Shown here piece by piece: positions 23,638-33,224 of a stretch of 64,000 bases of DNA. Made by a program: the position numbers and the translations under genes. The DNA comes from Chloroflexota bacterium. Its GTDB lineage: Bacteria > Chloroflexota > Dehalococcoidia > SM23-28-2 > RBG-16-64-32. The notes under the pieces were generated by a model. It was not told where the DNA came from and ran no database searches. It was given only the letters and a program-made list of their open reading frames with translations. The DNA is taken from contig JAJCYV010000042.1 of NCBI GenBank assembly GCA_029262695.1, positions 6,518-70,517 of the forward strand. Reading direction: 5' to 3'. Every line of letters starts with the position of its first letter. The first letter of the stretch is position 1.

Positions 23638-23692
23638 CGATGACGGGAACAACGTTTGAGATCGAATTGAGCTAGCTAAGGGAAACGCAATC

Positions 23693-26164
23693 ATGATGAG
23701 ACAGGACAGGTTTACGGAGGGCGCGCAGGAGGTGCTTTCGGCGTCGCAGGAGATGGTGCGGCAGGACCGGCACGCGCAGTGGGACGTGGAGCACGTCCTG
23801 ATGGCGCTCGTTAACTACGAGCAGGGGATTACGCCCGAGATCTTCGACAAGCTGGAGGTCGACCGCACGAAGCTGCGGCAGGCCGTCGGGCGCTCGCTGG
23901 AGGCGACGCCGAAGCTGTCGTACGACGTGGTGCAGATCTACACGACGCCGCGCATCGTGCGCATGCTGGAAGCGGCGAACGCCGAAGCCGAGCGGCTGCA
24001 GGACGAGTATGTCGGCGTCGAGCACATCCTGATCGCGATGTCGGACGAGCGTGAGGGCGACGCGGCGCGCATCCTGAAGCAGTTCGGGATCGAGAAGGAG
24101 CGCATCTACCAGGTGCTGCAGGAGGTCCGCGGCGGCGCCCGCACGGACAGCCCGACCGCCGAGTCCAAGTACAACGCGCTGGAGAAGTTCGCGATCGACC
24201 TGACGGAGGCGGCGCGCCAGAACAAGCTCGACCCCGTGATCGGCCGCGATGACGAAGTGCGGCGCGTGATGCAGGTGCTGAACCGGCGCACGAAGAACAA
24301 CCCGGTGATCATCGGCGAGGCCGGCGTCGGCAAGACCGCGATCGCCGAGGCGCTCGCCCAGCGCATCGTCGCCGGCGACGTGCCGGAGAACCTCAAGGGC
24401 AAGCGGGTGCTGGCGCTGGACATGGGCGCGATGGTCGCCGGCTCGAAGTTCCGCGGCGAGTTCGAGGAGCGCCTGAAGGCCGTGATCGACGAGATCAAGG
24501 CGTCGCAGGGCGAGGTCATCATCTTCGTCGACGAGATCCACCAGGTCGTCGGCGCGGGCGGTGCGGAGGGCGCGATCGACGCCTCGACGATGCTCAAGCC
24601 GGCGCTGGCGCGCGGCGAGCTGCACGTCATCGGCGCGACGACGCTGGACGAGTACCGCCAGCACATCGAGAAGGACCCGGCGCTGGAGCGGCGCTTCGCG
24701 CCCGTCTACATCGATGAGCCGTCGGAGGAAGAGGCGATCGAGATCCTGAAGGGGCTGCGGCCGCACTACGAGGCGCACCACAAGGTGACGATCACGGACG
24801 AAGCGATCGTCGCCGCCGTGCGCCTCTCCAGCCGCTACATCACAGACCGCTTCCTTCCGGACAAGGCGATCGACCTCATCGACGAGGCGTCGTCCAAGCA
24901 CGTGATCGATGCGCAGAGCATGCCGGGCGACGTACGCGAGCTGGAGAAGGACGTCGAGAAGCTTGAGGCAGAGGCCGAAGCGGCCGCCGAGCGCGAGGAC
25001 TGGGAGACGAACGCCACGCTCAAGGCCGAGCTGGAGCCGCGACGCGACGCCTTCACGGAGAAGCGCGACGAGTGGCTGAAGGAGACGGGCGGAGATGACA
25101 TGCGCGTCAACGACCAGGACATCGCCGAGCTTGTCGGGCACATTACCGGCATACCCGTCAGCCGCATGCTGGAAGGCGAGACCGAGAAGCTGCTGGAGAT
25201 GGAGGAGCGCCTGCACGACCGCGTGATCGGCCAGGACCAGGCGATCGCGGCGATCTCAGACGCGATCCGCCGGGCCCGCGCGGGGCTCAAGGACCCGGAC
25301 CGGCCGATCGGCTCGTTCGTCTTCCTCGGCCCGACGGGTGTCGGGAAGACGGAGTTGGCCCGCGCGCTGGCCGAGTTCATGTTCGACGACGAGGACGCGA
25401 TGATCCGCCTGGACATGAGTGAGTACCAGGAGCGGCACACCGTCTCGCGCATGATCGGCTCGCCGCCCGGCTACGTTGGCTACGACGAGGGCGGGCAGCT
25501 GACGGAGGCCGTGCGCCGCCGCCCGTACCGCCTGATCCTGCTGGACGAGATCGAGAAGGCGAACCCGGAGGTGTTCAACGTCCTGCTGCAGATGCTGGAG
25601 GACGGGCGTCTTACCGACGGCCACGGCCGCAGCGTGGACTTCCGCAACACCGTCGTCATCATGACCTCGAACCTGGGGACGGAGGGGTTCCAGAAGGAGT
25701 CTCTCGGCTTCGGGCTGCCGCAGGATAAGCCCTCGAAGACGGAGAAGGACAGGCAGAAGGCGGCGGTGGAGAAGGAGTTGCGGGCCACCTTCCGGCCGGA
25801 GCTGCTGAACCGCATCGACGAGATCATCGTCTTCGACCCGCTGACGGAGGACGACCTGAAGCAGATCGTCGAGCTGCTGCTGGCGGACGTCCGCGAGCGC
25901 CTGGAGGACCGCAGCGTGGGCCTGGAACTGACGGAGGAGGCGAAGGGGGCGCTGGTCCGCGAGGGCTACGACCCGGTCTTTGGAGCGCGGCCGCTGCGCC
26001 GCACGATCGAGCGCCGTATCGCCAACCCGCTCTCGAAGCGCATCCTGGCGGGCGAGTTCAGCGAGGGCGACAGCGCCTGCGTGGACTACGACGGAGATCC
26101 GGACGGCAAGGGCGAGTTCACGTTCGAGAAGCAGAAGACGAAGGAACCGCTGCCGACGGCGTAA
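23693..26164 (+). CDS. clpB: ATP-dependent chaperone ClpB
   Basis: 823 aa. Clp-N repeat, two AAA+ modules ([10 protein letters not shown] and [11 protein letters not shown]) and a coiled-coil middle domain. Confidence 0.96.
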   Translation: MMRQDRFTEGAQEVLSASQEMVRQDRHAQWDVEHVLMALVNYEQGITPEIFDKLEVDRTKLRQAVGRSLEATPKLSYDVVQIYTTPRIVRMLEAANAEAERLQDEYVGVEHILIAMSDEREGDAARILKQFGIEKERIYQVLQEVRGGARTDSPTAESKYNALEKFAIDLTEAARQNKLDPVIGRDDEVRRVMQVLNRRTKNNPVIIGEAGVGKTAIAEALAQRIVAGDVPENLKGKRVLALDMGAMVAGSKFRGEFEERLKAVIDEIKASQGEVIIFVDEIHQVVGAGGAEGAIDASTMLKPALARGELHVIGATTLDEYRQHIEKDPALERRFAPVYIDEPSEEEAIEILKGLRPHYEAHHKVTITDEAIVAAVRLSSRYITDRFLPDKAIDLIDEASSKHVIDAQSMPGDVRELEKDVEKLEAEAEAAAEREDWETNATLKAELEPRRDAFTEKRDEWLKETGGDDMRVNDQDIAELVGHITGIPVSRMLEGETEKLLEMEERLHDRVIGQDQAIAAISDAIRRARAGLKDPDRPIGSFVFLGPTGVGKTELARALAEFMFDDEDAMIRLDMSEYQERHTVSRMIGSPPGYVGYDEGGQLTEAVRRRPYRLILLDEIEKANPEVFNVLLQMLEDGRLTDGHGRSVDFRNTVVIMTSNLGTEGFQKESLGFGLPQDKPSKTEKDRQKAAVEKELRATFRPELLNRIDEIIVFDPLTEDDLKQIVELLLADVRERLEDRSVGLELTEEAKGALVREGYDPVFGARPLRRTIERRIANPLSKRILAGEFSEGDSACVDYDGDPDGKGEFTFEKQKTKEPLPTA

Positions 26165-26179
26165 CGATCGGGGGCGGAG

Positions 26180-26222
26180 AACGAAACGGGGGGTCAGGCC
26201 TTAGCCTGACCCCCCGTTCGTT
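26180..26222. terminator. Long GC hairpin between convergent clpB and the GEVED gene (probable bidirectional terminator; contains the GGTCAGGC/GCCTGACC core)
   Basis: AACGAAACGGGGGGTCAGGC-CTTA-GCCTGACCCCCCGTTCGTT. A stem of about 19 bp. No clean U-tract. Confidence 0.6.
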
Positions 26223-26237
26223 ATGCGTTATGCAGGG

Positions 26238-27989
26238 CTAGTCGTTACGTGCGCGGGCGGCCCTCAGGCCCATGTGGCCTGATAGCAGCAGGAAGGTCGC
26301 TGCCAGCAGCGCGAACGGCCAGGCGCTCGAGGCGCCGGTGTCAGCCGGGCCGCCGCCGGTGGGCGGCAGGCCACCGGGCGTTGCCGTCGCGGGAAGCGCC
26401 GTCGGCGTGGGCGACGGCGTGTCTGTCGGCGCCGGCGTCTGCGTCGCCGGCAGGGCCGTCGGTGACGGGCTGGGTGTCGGTGTTGGTGACGGCGTTGCGG
26501 TCGCCGCAGCCGTCGCGGTTGGCGTTGGCGTTGCTGTAGGCGTTGGCGTTGCTGTGGGCGTTGGCGTTGCTGTGGGCGTTGGCGTTGGCGACGGACTTGC
26601 GGTCACCGGACCCGTCGCGGTCGGCGTGGGTGTAGGCGACGGCGTGGCAGTTGGCGTGGCCGTGGGTGTTGGTGTCGGCGTTGGTGTCGGCGTGGGCGTC
26701 GGTGTCGGCGTGGGTGTTGGTGTCGGCGTTGGTGTCGGCGTGGGCGTCGGTGTCGGAGTTGGAGTCGGCGTCGGTGTCGGAGTTGGAGTCGGCGAGGGAG
26801 TGGGGGTAGGAGTCGGCGAGGGAGTTGGGGTAGGAGTCGGTGACGGTGTGGGGGTAGGAGTCGGTGACGGAGTGGGGGTAGGAGTCGGTGACGGAGTTGG
26901 GGTTGGGCTCGGCGTTGGCGATGGAGTTGGGCTCGGTGACGGCGTCGCGCTCGTGATTTCCACCCGATAGTCTTCGACTTCGCCATCAGGGGCGGGTCCG
27001 GTGGGTGGCAGGCCGCCGATACTGCTCAGGCGGAAGCGGGCGTAGGTGGGGCCTGGTACCGCACCGGCCGGAACTGCGAATGGGACCACGTTGGGCCCGG
27101 GGGCCAGAAGGAAGCCTCCAGGAGGCGTGATGCGCTCGGCCGGGTCGTCAAAGACACCGCTAGCGTTGAAGTCGATCCAGGCGTCCAGGATCCCGCCGAG
27201 GGGGCCGCCGTCAACAACTATTGTCGCCGGGCCTCCTGGCGTCAACAGCGGCGGCAAGACCACACCATCCTCATCATCCGGCGCGCCGGGTGGATTAAGG
27301 TCATCGCCGTCTGCCTGGGGCGAAGGTTGTCCGTCCGGCTCTGGATCGACAAACGCTCCCATGAAGAACGGTGACAGGGCGTGGCTGGGGCCGCCGCTGG
27401 CAAGGAGGGTCCCATAGCTGTCCGGCGCGTCGCCATAGTCCGATTCCTCAGGCGTTGGCGACGGAGATGGCGAGGGAGACGGCGACGGTGTGGGGCTCGG
27501 GGTTGGTGTCGGCGTGGCCGTGGTCGTCGTCGTGGTCTGGACGTCGATGTGGCTGATCGCCTGGCACGAGAGCGCTCCGGCAATTGAGTTTGTCGAGTTG
27601 CGTACGACCTGGACTGTCGATGTGCCGATGCCTGTTACGGTGTAGCAGTTCGGGTCTCCGGGTGCCGGCCCACCGTAGTTGCCATCGGTGGCGAGCAACG
27701 CGCTGTGCTTGAGACCTCCGAACATGTCGTCGCCGGATTTGATGCAGACGCCCGTCACGACTTCGCCAGCGGGCGCGGTGTATTGCGCCAGGTCATCGTT
27801 GTCGGGAGCCTGGTCCTTGTGGTTGGCGTTAGTGCACGCATCGGGACTACCGTCGCCGACGCCGATCGCCGGCCCCGGGCCGACGCCGTCGAGGGCCACG
27901 AGGACGGCAAGTGTGACGGCCACGAGGCCGGCAAGAACGAAGGGCGCGAGGAGTGGGCGCCGTAGGTCGCTGAGTGTTCGAATCTGCAA
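26238..27989 (-). CDS. LPXTG-anchored surface protein with GEVED domain and long Pro/Thr/Ser repeats
   Basis: 583 aa. TTG start after GGGAGA. Signal peptide present. GEVED motif ([12 protein letters not shown]). About 180 aa of (TP)n/(PTPSPT)n. C-terminal LPPTG followed by a hydrophobic segment and RAARARND. Confidence 0.88.
   Translation of the reverse strand: MQIRTLSDLRRPLLAPFVLAGLVAVTLAVLVALDGVGPGPAIGVGDGSPDACTNANHKDQAPDNDDLAQYTAPAGEVVTGVCIKSGDDMFGGLKHSALLATDGNYGGPAPGDPNCYTVTGIGTSTVQVVRNSTNSIAGALSCQAISHIDVQTTTTTTATPTPTPSPTPSPSPSPSPSPTPEESDYGDAPDSYGTLLASGGPSHALSPFFMGAFVDPEPDGQPSPQADGDDLNPPGAPDDEDGVVLPPLLTPGGPATIVVDGGPLGGILDAWIDFNASGVFDDPAERITPPGGFLLAPGPNVVPFAVPAGAVPGPTYARFRLSSIGGLPPTGPAPDGEVEDYRVEITSATPSPSPTPSPTPSPTPTPSPTPTPTPSPTPTPTPSPTPTPTPSPTPTPTPSPTPTPTPTPTPTPTPTPTPTPTPTPTPTPTPTPTPTPTPTPTPTATPTATPSPTPTPTATGPVTASPSPTPTPTATPTPTATPTPTATPTPTATAAATATPSPTPTPSPSPTALPATQTPAPTDTPSPTPTALPATATPGGLPPTGGGPADTGASSAWPFALLAATFLLLSGHMGLRAARARND
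26395..26950. repeat. Coding low-complexity tandem repeats (6-18-nt units encoding PT/PS runs)
   Basis: For example GGCGTTGGCGTTGCTGTRGGC repeated around 26515-26585, and GGTGTCGGCGTKGG units at 26650-26760. A second short block lies at about 27455-27535. Confidence 0.85.
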
Positions 27990-28112
27990 TTGAGTCTCCC
28001 AACCTCTTCTGATTTCGTGGGGCGAGTTCCGTGGGGCCTTAACCGGTTCTCAACAGAAGTTAGCATAAAGAAGCCGTTTTGTGTGTAAAAGCGCGGCGAA
28101 AATGCCCGAATA

Positions 28113-28130
28113 TAGCCAATTCAATGGCTA
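28113..28130. promoter_or_regulatory. Inverted repeat TAGCCA-ATTCAA-TGGCTA in the AT-rich region upstream of the GEVED gene
   Basis: Perfect 6-bp arms. About 125 nt upstream of the TTG start at 27989. Confidence 0.3.
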
Positions 28131-28199
28131 GAAAATGGTATCAGCATCCCAGGACGGCAGGTCTGCCTCCGGGATCAAGAGCTATTGGGCGATTATGCG

Positions 28200-28631
28200 C
28201 TAGGAAGCGGCTTTTTCGCCGTCGCGGCGGGCGGTGGCCCGGCGCAGGATCTGAGGAGCGCTTTCCTGCACGCGCTGCAGCGCTTCGCGGGCGTCGCCCA
28301 GTCCCTGGCGCAGCGCGTCGGCTGTCTCACGCTGGGACTGGGTGGCGTCCTCGACCCATTCACGGGCCAGGGCCAGTGTGCGGGTCTGCGAGTTGCCGAT
28401 GGCCTCAGTCGCCGCTTCGTAGACGCCGACGAGATCCGTCGGCTTGCTGGCCCAGCGGCGACCGACCTCGGCCCAGTCGAGGCTGCCCTGGCGGGCGCCC
28501 TCGATCAAGCTGTGGTTGAAGCGGTTGAGCCGGTCGTTGCTGCTCCTGATAACATCGAAGAGCGTGGCCTGCCGTTGCTCGATGCCGTCGAAGAAGCGGT
28601 CAGTGGCCGATTCGCGGGTGCGGGTCGTCAT
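28200..28631 (-). CDS. Hypothetical helical protein (phasin-like composition)
   Basis: Track ORF 28200-28679. ATG 28631 follows AGGGAGG. The 143 aa are Ala/Arg/Glu/Gln-rich. No family recognised confidently. Confidence 0.65.
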   Translation of the reverse strand: MTTRTRESATDRFFDGIEQRQATLFDVIRSSNDRLNRFNHSLIEGARQGSLDWAEVGRRWASKPTDLVGVYEAATEAIGNSQTRTLALAREWVEDATQSQRETADALRQGLGDAREALQRVQESAPQILRRATARRDGEKAAS

Positions 28632-28815
28632 CGCGGCCTCCCTGTGGGTGCGATCGTCTCGTGGTCTGCTCCCATTCAATCCCTCTCGCGCGGTACTGTC
28701 AAGGCGCGGCTGTTGGCGCCCTGTTAGGCGTCGACATAATCCGCGGGCGAAGAGAACCCGGTGCTATAATGGCGCGGATCTGACCCGCCACGCGCACCCC
28801 AGAAAGTGAGGGCCG

Positions 28816-29604
28816 ATGAGCCGCGTTGACCCACCTCTCGCCGGCGTCTTGCGCGTCGTCTACTTCCTCTGCATTACTCTGGTCAGCCTCTTCGTCGTCG
28901 TCACCGGCGTCTTCGGCTTCTATCACGATCCCGACGAGACCAGCACGGACCTTTCGTCTGCCCTCAACTTCGGCTCCCCATCTTTGGACGAAGTCTTCGT
29001 TCCGACCGACGCCGATCACTTCGTCGAGCAGGCGGCGCAGGGCAACGTCTTCAGCGTGCAGGTGATTGGCGACCAGATCCACTACGAGCTTTACTCCGGG
29101 AGCCTTCTTTACGAGGCTTCGCTGCCTTCGGGCGAGACCCTCCAGGACTTGCTCGACGTGGCCCGCGTCGGCCCGGGCGATATCCCCTTCGTCGATGACT
29201 CGCTGGCCGGCGAGGCGTTTTCCGGGGGCGCAGACGGCGGCGACTATGAGCGGAACATCATGATCATCCTTGCGGCCATCGCCTCGGCGTTGTTCGCCGC
29301 AGCCGTCCTGGGCCTGGGCAAGCGCTTCAACCCGCTGCGGGCGGGGCTTCTCGGTGGGGGGTTGGTCGTCTTCCTGACGGCGATGGTGTACTGGGGGGAC
29401 GCCAGTAACGACTGGCTGGGCTTCCTGGTCTCCCTCGTGGCGTTCGTCGTCCTGGCTGCTGTCTTTCCGTTCCTTGAGGATGGCTTGCCGATGGAAGAGC
29501 GGCGGTCCCCGCCGGCGGTGGGCGCCATGTCCTTCACGCCGGGGCCACCCACTGCTCCACCGCCGCCGACGCCAACGCTACCACCGCCGCCGCCGCCCGA
29601 GTAG
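28816..29604 (+). CDS. Hypothetical membrane protein with Pro-rich C-terminus
   Basis: 262 aa. SD GTGAGGG. One N-terminal and three C-terminal TM segments. Tail PPPTPTLPPPPPPE. Confidence 0.72.
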   Translation: MSRVDPPLAGVLRVVYFLCITLVSLFVVVTGVFGFYHDPDETSTDLSSALNFGSPSLDEVFVPTDADHFVEQAAQGNVFSVQVIGDQIHYELYSGSLLYEASLPSGETLQDLLDVARVGPGDIPFVDDSLAGEAFSGGADGGDYERNIMIILAAIASALFAAAVLGLGKRFNPLRAGLLGGGLVVFLTAMVYWGDASNDWLGFLVSLVAFVVLAAVFPFLEDGLPMEERRSPPAVGAMSFTPGPPTAPPPPTPTLPPPPPPE

Positions 29605-29628
29605 ACGCGAGCCGAAGCTGCCCGCGGT

Positions 29629-30945
29629 ATGAAGTACGAAGAGGCGATCGACTACCTGCTCTTGTTCGCGGACTTCGAGCGCTCCGGCCGCTTCCTGGAC
29701 CGGCCGGACGTGGCGCCGGTGCGGCGCCTCCTGCGGGCGCTTGGCGAGCCACAGGAGGGTCGTCTGACGGTCCACGTTGCCGGGACGAAGGGCAAGGGCA
29801 GCGTTTCGGCGATGGTTGACTCGATTCTCCGCGCGGCGGGTCTCTCAAGTGGGCTCTACACCAGTCCGCACCTTCATGACTACACGGAACGCATCCAGGT
29901 TGACGGCGAGGCGATTTCGCAGACAGGCTTCGCGCGCCTCACCGCCGCCGTCCACGACGCGGTCGCGGGCCTGGAGCCGGACGACCGTGGGCTGGTTACG
30001 TTCGATCTCCTGACGGCGATCGGGTTTCTGGCCTTCCGTGACGCGCGCCTCGACGCGCAGGTCATTGAAGTAGGGCTGGGCGGCCGTGTGGACAGCACCA
30101 ACGTCTTCGACTCGAAAGAGCTGGCCGTCATCACGCCGCTTTCTCTGGAGCACACGGCTGTCCTGGGCGAGGCGATCGAGGAGATCGCGGCCGAGAAGGC
30201 GGCGATCATCAGCCCACTTACGGGAGCGGCCGTGCTCGCACCTCAGCCTGACGAACTGGCGATGGGCGTAGTGCGAGCGCGTGCGGAGGATGTTGGCGTG
30301 CCTCTCATCGATGTCCGGGCCTCCTATAGCTGGCGGGTCGTTGCGCACGACCTCCGCGGTCAGGACGTTCGCATTGAGCGGCCCGGCGACGGGCTGGACG
30401 TGCGGCTGCCGCTCCTTGGGGCCCACCAGGCGGAGAACGCGGCGACGGCCGTCGCCGCTGCGGACGCGCTCCGCGAGTCGGTGAAGATCACGGACGAGGC
30501 GGTGCTGCGCGGCCTGGCGAGCGTCTCCTGGCCCGGCAGGCTGGAAGTGCTGCAGGAGTCGCCGCTTGTGATCGCCGATGGTGCGCACAACCGTGATTCG
30601 GCGCGCCGCCTGGCTGAGGCGCTGCGCGATTATTTCGGCGCTGAGCTGGTTACGTTCGTCGTTGGCGCCTCGTCGGACAAGGACGTTCGCGGCCTCGCGG
30701 AGGAGCTTGCGCCCCTGGCGGCGATCGTCTTCGCGGCGCGCTCGGCGCACCCGCGGGCGATTGAGCCCGCGGAGATCGCCGCGTTGTTCGCGGAGCGGGG
30801 CGTGCGCGCGGAACATGTGGACAGCGTGGCTGATGCGCTGGCTGGAGCGATGGCGGCTAGCAGAAGCGACGCGGTAATATGTTTGACAGGCTCGCTGTTC
30901 GTCGCTGCTGAGGGCCGGGCGCACCTTGGGAAGGCAGCGGCATAG
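29629..30945 (+). CDS. folC: Folylpolyglutamate synthase / dihydrofolate synthase
   Basis: 438 aa. P-loop VHVAGTKGKGS. Mur-ligase middle and C-terminal domain motifs (DGAHN). Confidence 0.93.
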   Translation: MKYEEAIDYLLLFADFERSGRFLDRPDVAPVRRLLRALGEPQEGRLTVHVAGTKGKGSVSAMVDSILRAAGLSSGLYTSPHLHDYTERIQVDGEAISQTGFARLTAAVHDAVAGLEPDDRGLVTFDLLTAIGFLAFRDARLDAQVIEVGLGGRVDSTNVFDSKELAVITPLSLEHTAVLGEAIEEIAAEKAAIISPLTGAAVLAPQPDELAMGVVRARAEDVGVPLIDVRASYSWRVVAHDLRGQDVRIERPGDGLDVRLPLLGAHQAENAATAVAAADALRESVKITDEAVLRGLASVSWPGRLEVLQESPLVIADGAHNRDSARRLAEALRDYFGAELVTFVVGASSDKDVRGLAEELAPLAAIVFAARSAHPRAIEPAEIAALFAERGVRAEHVDSVADALAGAMAASRSDAVICLTGSLFVAAEGRAHLGKAAA

Positions 30946-30960
30946 CCGGTGGAGGTATAG

Positions 30961-32214
30961 ATGCCAGGAAGGAACGGGACCCGCGTCGTAGTCACCGGAA
31001 TGGGTGCGATTACGCCCATCGGGAACTCTGTGGAGGAGTTCTGGGGCAACGCAGTGGACGGCAAGTCCGGCCTCGGCATCCTTCAGGCGTTCGACCATTC
31101 AGCCTATCCGGTGCACGTTGCCGGCGAGGTCAAGGAGTTCGACCCGGAAGAGTACATGGACCGCCGTGTGGCTCGCCGCATGGGGCGCTTCAGCCAGTTC
31201 GCCATCGCCGGCACGGCGCAGGCGCTGCGCCAGGCCGACCTGGACCTCGAAGACACTGGCCGCGACCGTGTGGGCGTGCTGATAGGCAACGGCATCGGCG
31301 GGCTGGACGAGTCGCAGAAGGGCCTGCGCACGATAGACTCGCGCGGAGGGATGAGGCTCGACCCGTTCTACTTCCCGAAGATGCTGCCGAACATGGCGGC
31401 GGCCCACATTGCGCTGAACTTTGGCGCGCGCGGTTACAACAACACCGTGATCACGGCCTGCGCCGCCGGCACGCAGGCGATCGGCGACGCGATGGACCTC
31501 GTGCGCTCCGGACGCGTCGATGTTTGCATCACCGGTGGCACTGAGGCTTCGCTTTGCGAACTCGGTCTCTGCGGGTTTGCGGTCATTCGCGCGCTTTCAT
31601 TGCACAACGATGAGCCTGAGAAAGCGAGCCGTCCGTTCGACGCCGAGCGCGACGGTTTCGTTGCCGCCGAGGGCGCCGGCGTGATGATCCTGGAGAGCGA
31701 GGAGCACGCGAAGTCTCGCAACGCGCCCGTGCTGGCGGAAGTAGCGGGCTACGGCGCCTGCAACGATGCGTTCCACGTCGTCGCGCCGTCGGAGGACGGC
31801 GACGGCGCGATGCGCGCGATGCGCGAGGCGCTGGAAGACGCGCAGGTCGAGACGACGGAAGTCGACTACATCAACGCTCACGGCACTTCGACGCCGCTAA
31901 ACGATAAGTCGGAGACGCTGGCGATCAAGGAGCTTTTCGGTGAGGACGCCTACCGCGTGCCGATCAGCGCCACGAAGTCGATGGTGGGCCACTCCTTCGG
32001 CGCGGCGGGCGCCATTGAGTCGGTGGCGGCGGTGCAGACGATCGTGAACAGAGTGATCCACCCGACGATCAACCTCGATCACCCGGACCCGGAGTGCGAC
32101 CTGGACTACGTGCCTGAGGGCGCGCGCGAGGCGGACGTCGACGTCGTGCTCAAGAACAGCTTCGGCTTCGGCGGCCAGAACGCTTGCCTCGTCTTCAAGC
32201 GGTACGAAGGGTGA
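30961..32214 (+). CDS. fabF: Beta-ketoacyl-ACP synthase II
   Basis: 417 aa. RVVVTGMGAITPIGN, active-site ACAAG, HGTSTP, and GHSFGAAG...NSFGFGGQN. Confidence 0.96.
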   Translation: MPGRNGTRVVVTGMGAITPIGNSVEEFWGNAVDGKSGLGILQAFDHSAYPVHVAGEVKEFDPEEYMDRRVARRMGRFSQFAIAGTAQALRQADLDLEDTGRDRVGVLIGNGIGGLDESQKGLRTIDSRGGMRLDPFYFPKMLPNMAAAHIALNFGARGYNNTVITACAAGTQAIGDAMDLVRSGRVDVCITGGTEASLCELGLCGFAVIRALSLHNDEPEKASRPFDAERDGFVAAEGAGVMILESEEHAKSRNAPVLAEVAGYGACNDAFHVVAPSEDGDGAMRAMREALEDAQVETTEVDYINAHGTSTPLNDKSETLAIKELFGEDAYRVPISATKSMVGHSFGAAGAIESVAAVQTIVNRVIHPTINLDHPDPECDLDYVPEGAREADVDVVLKNSFGFGGQNACLVFKRYEG

Positions 32215-32227
32215 GCGCCGCACGGCG

Positions 32228-33205
32228 ATGCGCGTCCTCGTAGTCGGCGGCGCCGGCTACATCGGCTCGGTCACGGTCGACCAGCTGGTGGCGTCCGGCT
32301 ACGACGTGACGGTTATCGACAGCCTGGTTGCGGGGCACGCCGCCGCGCTCAACCCCGAGAGCGAGTTTATGCAGGGGGACATCAGGGATGAGGCCGTGCT
32401 CGGCCGGCTCTTCGCGGCGCACACGTTCGACGCGGTGATCAACTACGGCGGCTACATCCAGGCCGGCGAGTCAGTCCAGCAGCCGGGGCGTTACTTCGCG
32501 AACAACGTGGCCGGCGCGATCGCCCTGCTGAACGCGATGGTCACGTACGACGTCAAGCGCTTCGTCTTCAGCTCCAGCGCTGCGGTCTATGGTGAACCGG
32601 AGTCTGTGCCGATTCGCGAGGACGCGCCGCTGCGCCCCGTGAACCCGTACGGTGAGTCAAAGCTGATGGTTGAGCGGATGTTGCCGTGGTACGAGTCGCG
32701 CTTCGGCGTCCGCGCCGTGTCGCTGCGCTACTTTAACGCCGCCGGCGCGACCGATGAGCGCGGCGAAGACCACCGGCCGGAAACGCATCTGATCCCGAAC
32801 GTCCTGCAGGTGCCGCTGGGCCAGCGCGAAGCGCTCGACCTCTATGGCACCGACTACCCGACCCGCGACGGCACGTGCGTCCGTGACTATATCCACGTCT
32901 CGGACCTGGCCGCCGCGCACCTGCTGGCCCTCGACTACTCTGAGAATGGCAGCGGCGCGTTCAATCTGGCCAACGGTGTTGGTTTCACGAACCGCGAGGT
33001 GATCGAGTCGGCCCGGCGTGTGACCGGGCACCTGATCCCCGTCGCCGAGGGGCCGCGGCGCCCGGGCGATCCGGCAGAGCTGATCGCTTCGAACGAGCGG
33101 GCGCGCGCCGAGCTTGGCTGGGCGATCGAGTTCGATGAGCTGGACGCGATCGTCAGTTCGGCGTGGCGCTGGCACCAGTCGCACCCCGACGGCTACTCGC
33201 AGTAG
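32228..33205 (+). CDS. galE: UDP-glucose 4-epimerase
   Basis: 325 aa. VLVVGGAGYIGS, SSAAVYG, and YGESKLMVE (YxxxK). Confidence 0.94.
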   Translation: MRVLVVGGAGYIGSVTVDQLVASGYDVTVIDSLVAGHAAALNPESEFMQGDIRDEAVLGRLFAAHTFDAVINYGGYIQAGESVQQPGRYFANNVAGAIALLNAMVTYDVKRFVFSSSAAVYGEPESVPIREDAPLRPVNPYGESKLMVERMLPWYESRFGVRAVSLRYFNAAGATDERGEDHRPETHLIPNVLQVPLGQREALDLYGTDYPTRDGTCVRDYIHVSDLAAAHLLALDYSENGSGAFNLANGVGFTNREVIESARRVTGHLIPVAEGPRRPGDPAELIASNERARAELGWAIEFDELDAIVSSAWRWHQSHPDGYSQ

Positions 33206-33224
33206 CGCCAGGGGCTGGCTTGCC

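Noticed and set aside
27968-27992. tRNA-like T-loop string GTTCGAATC.
   Set aside because: The flanking 5-nt segments are not complementary (no T-stem), no acceptor or anticodon arms could be built, and the string lies inside the 5' end of the GEVED gene.
28144-28171. Hairpin TCCCAGGACGGCAG-GT-CTGCCTCCGGGA as terminator of the phasin-like gene.
   Set aside because: The stem is imperfect with a very short loop and only a weak T-run. It is plausible but not strong enough to annotate.
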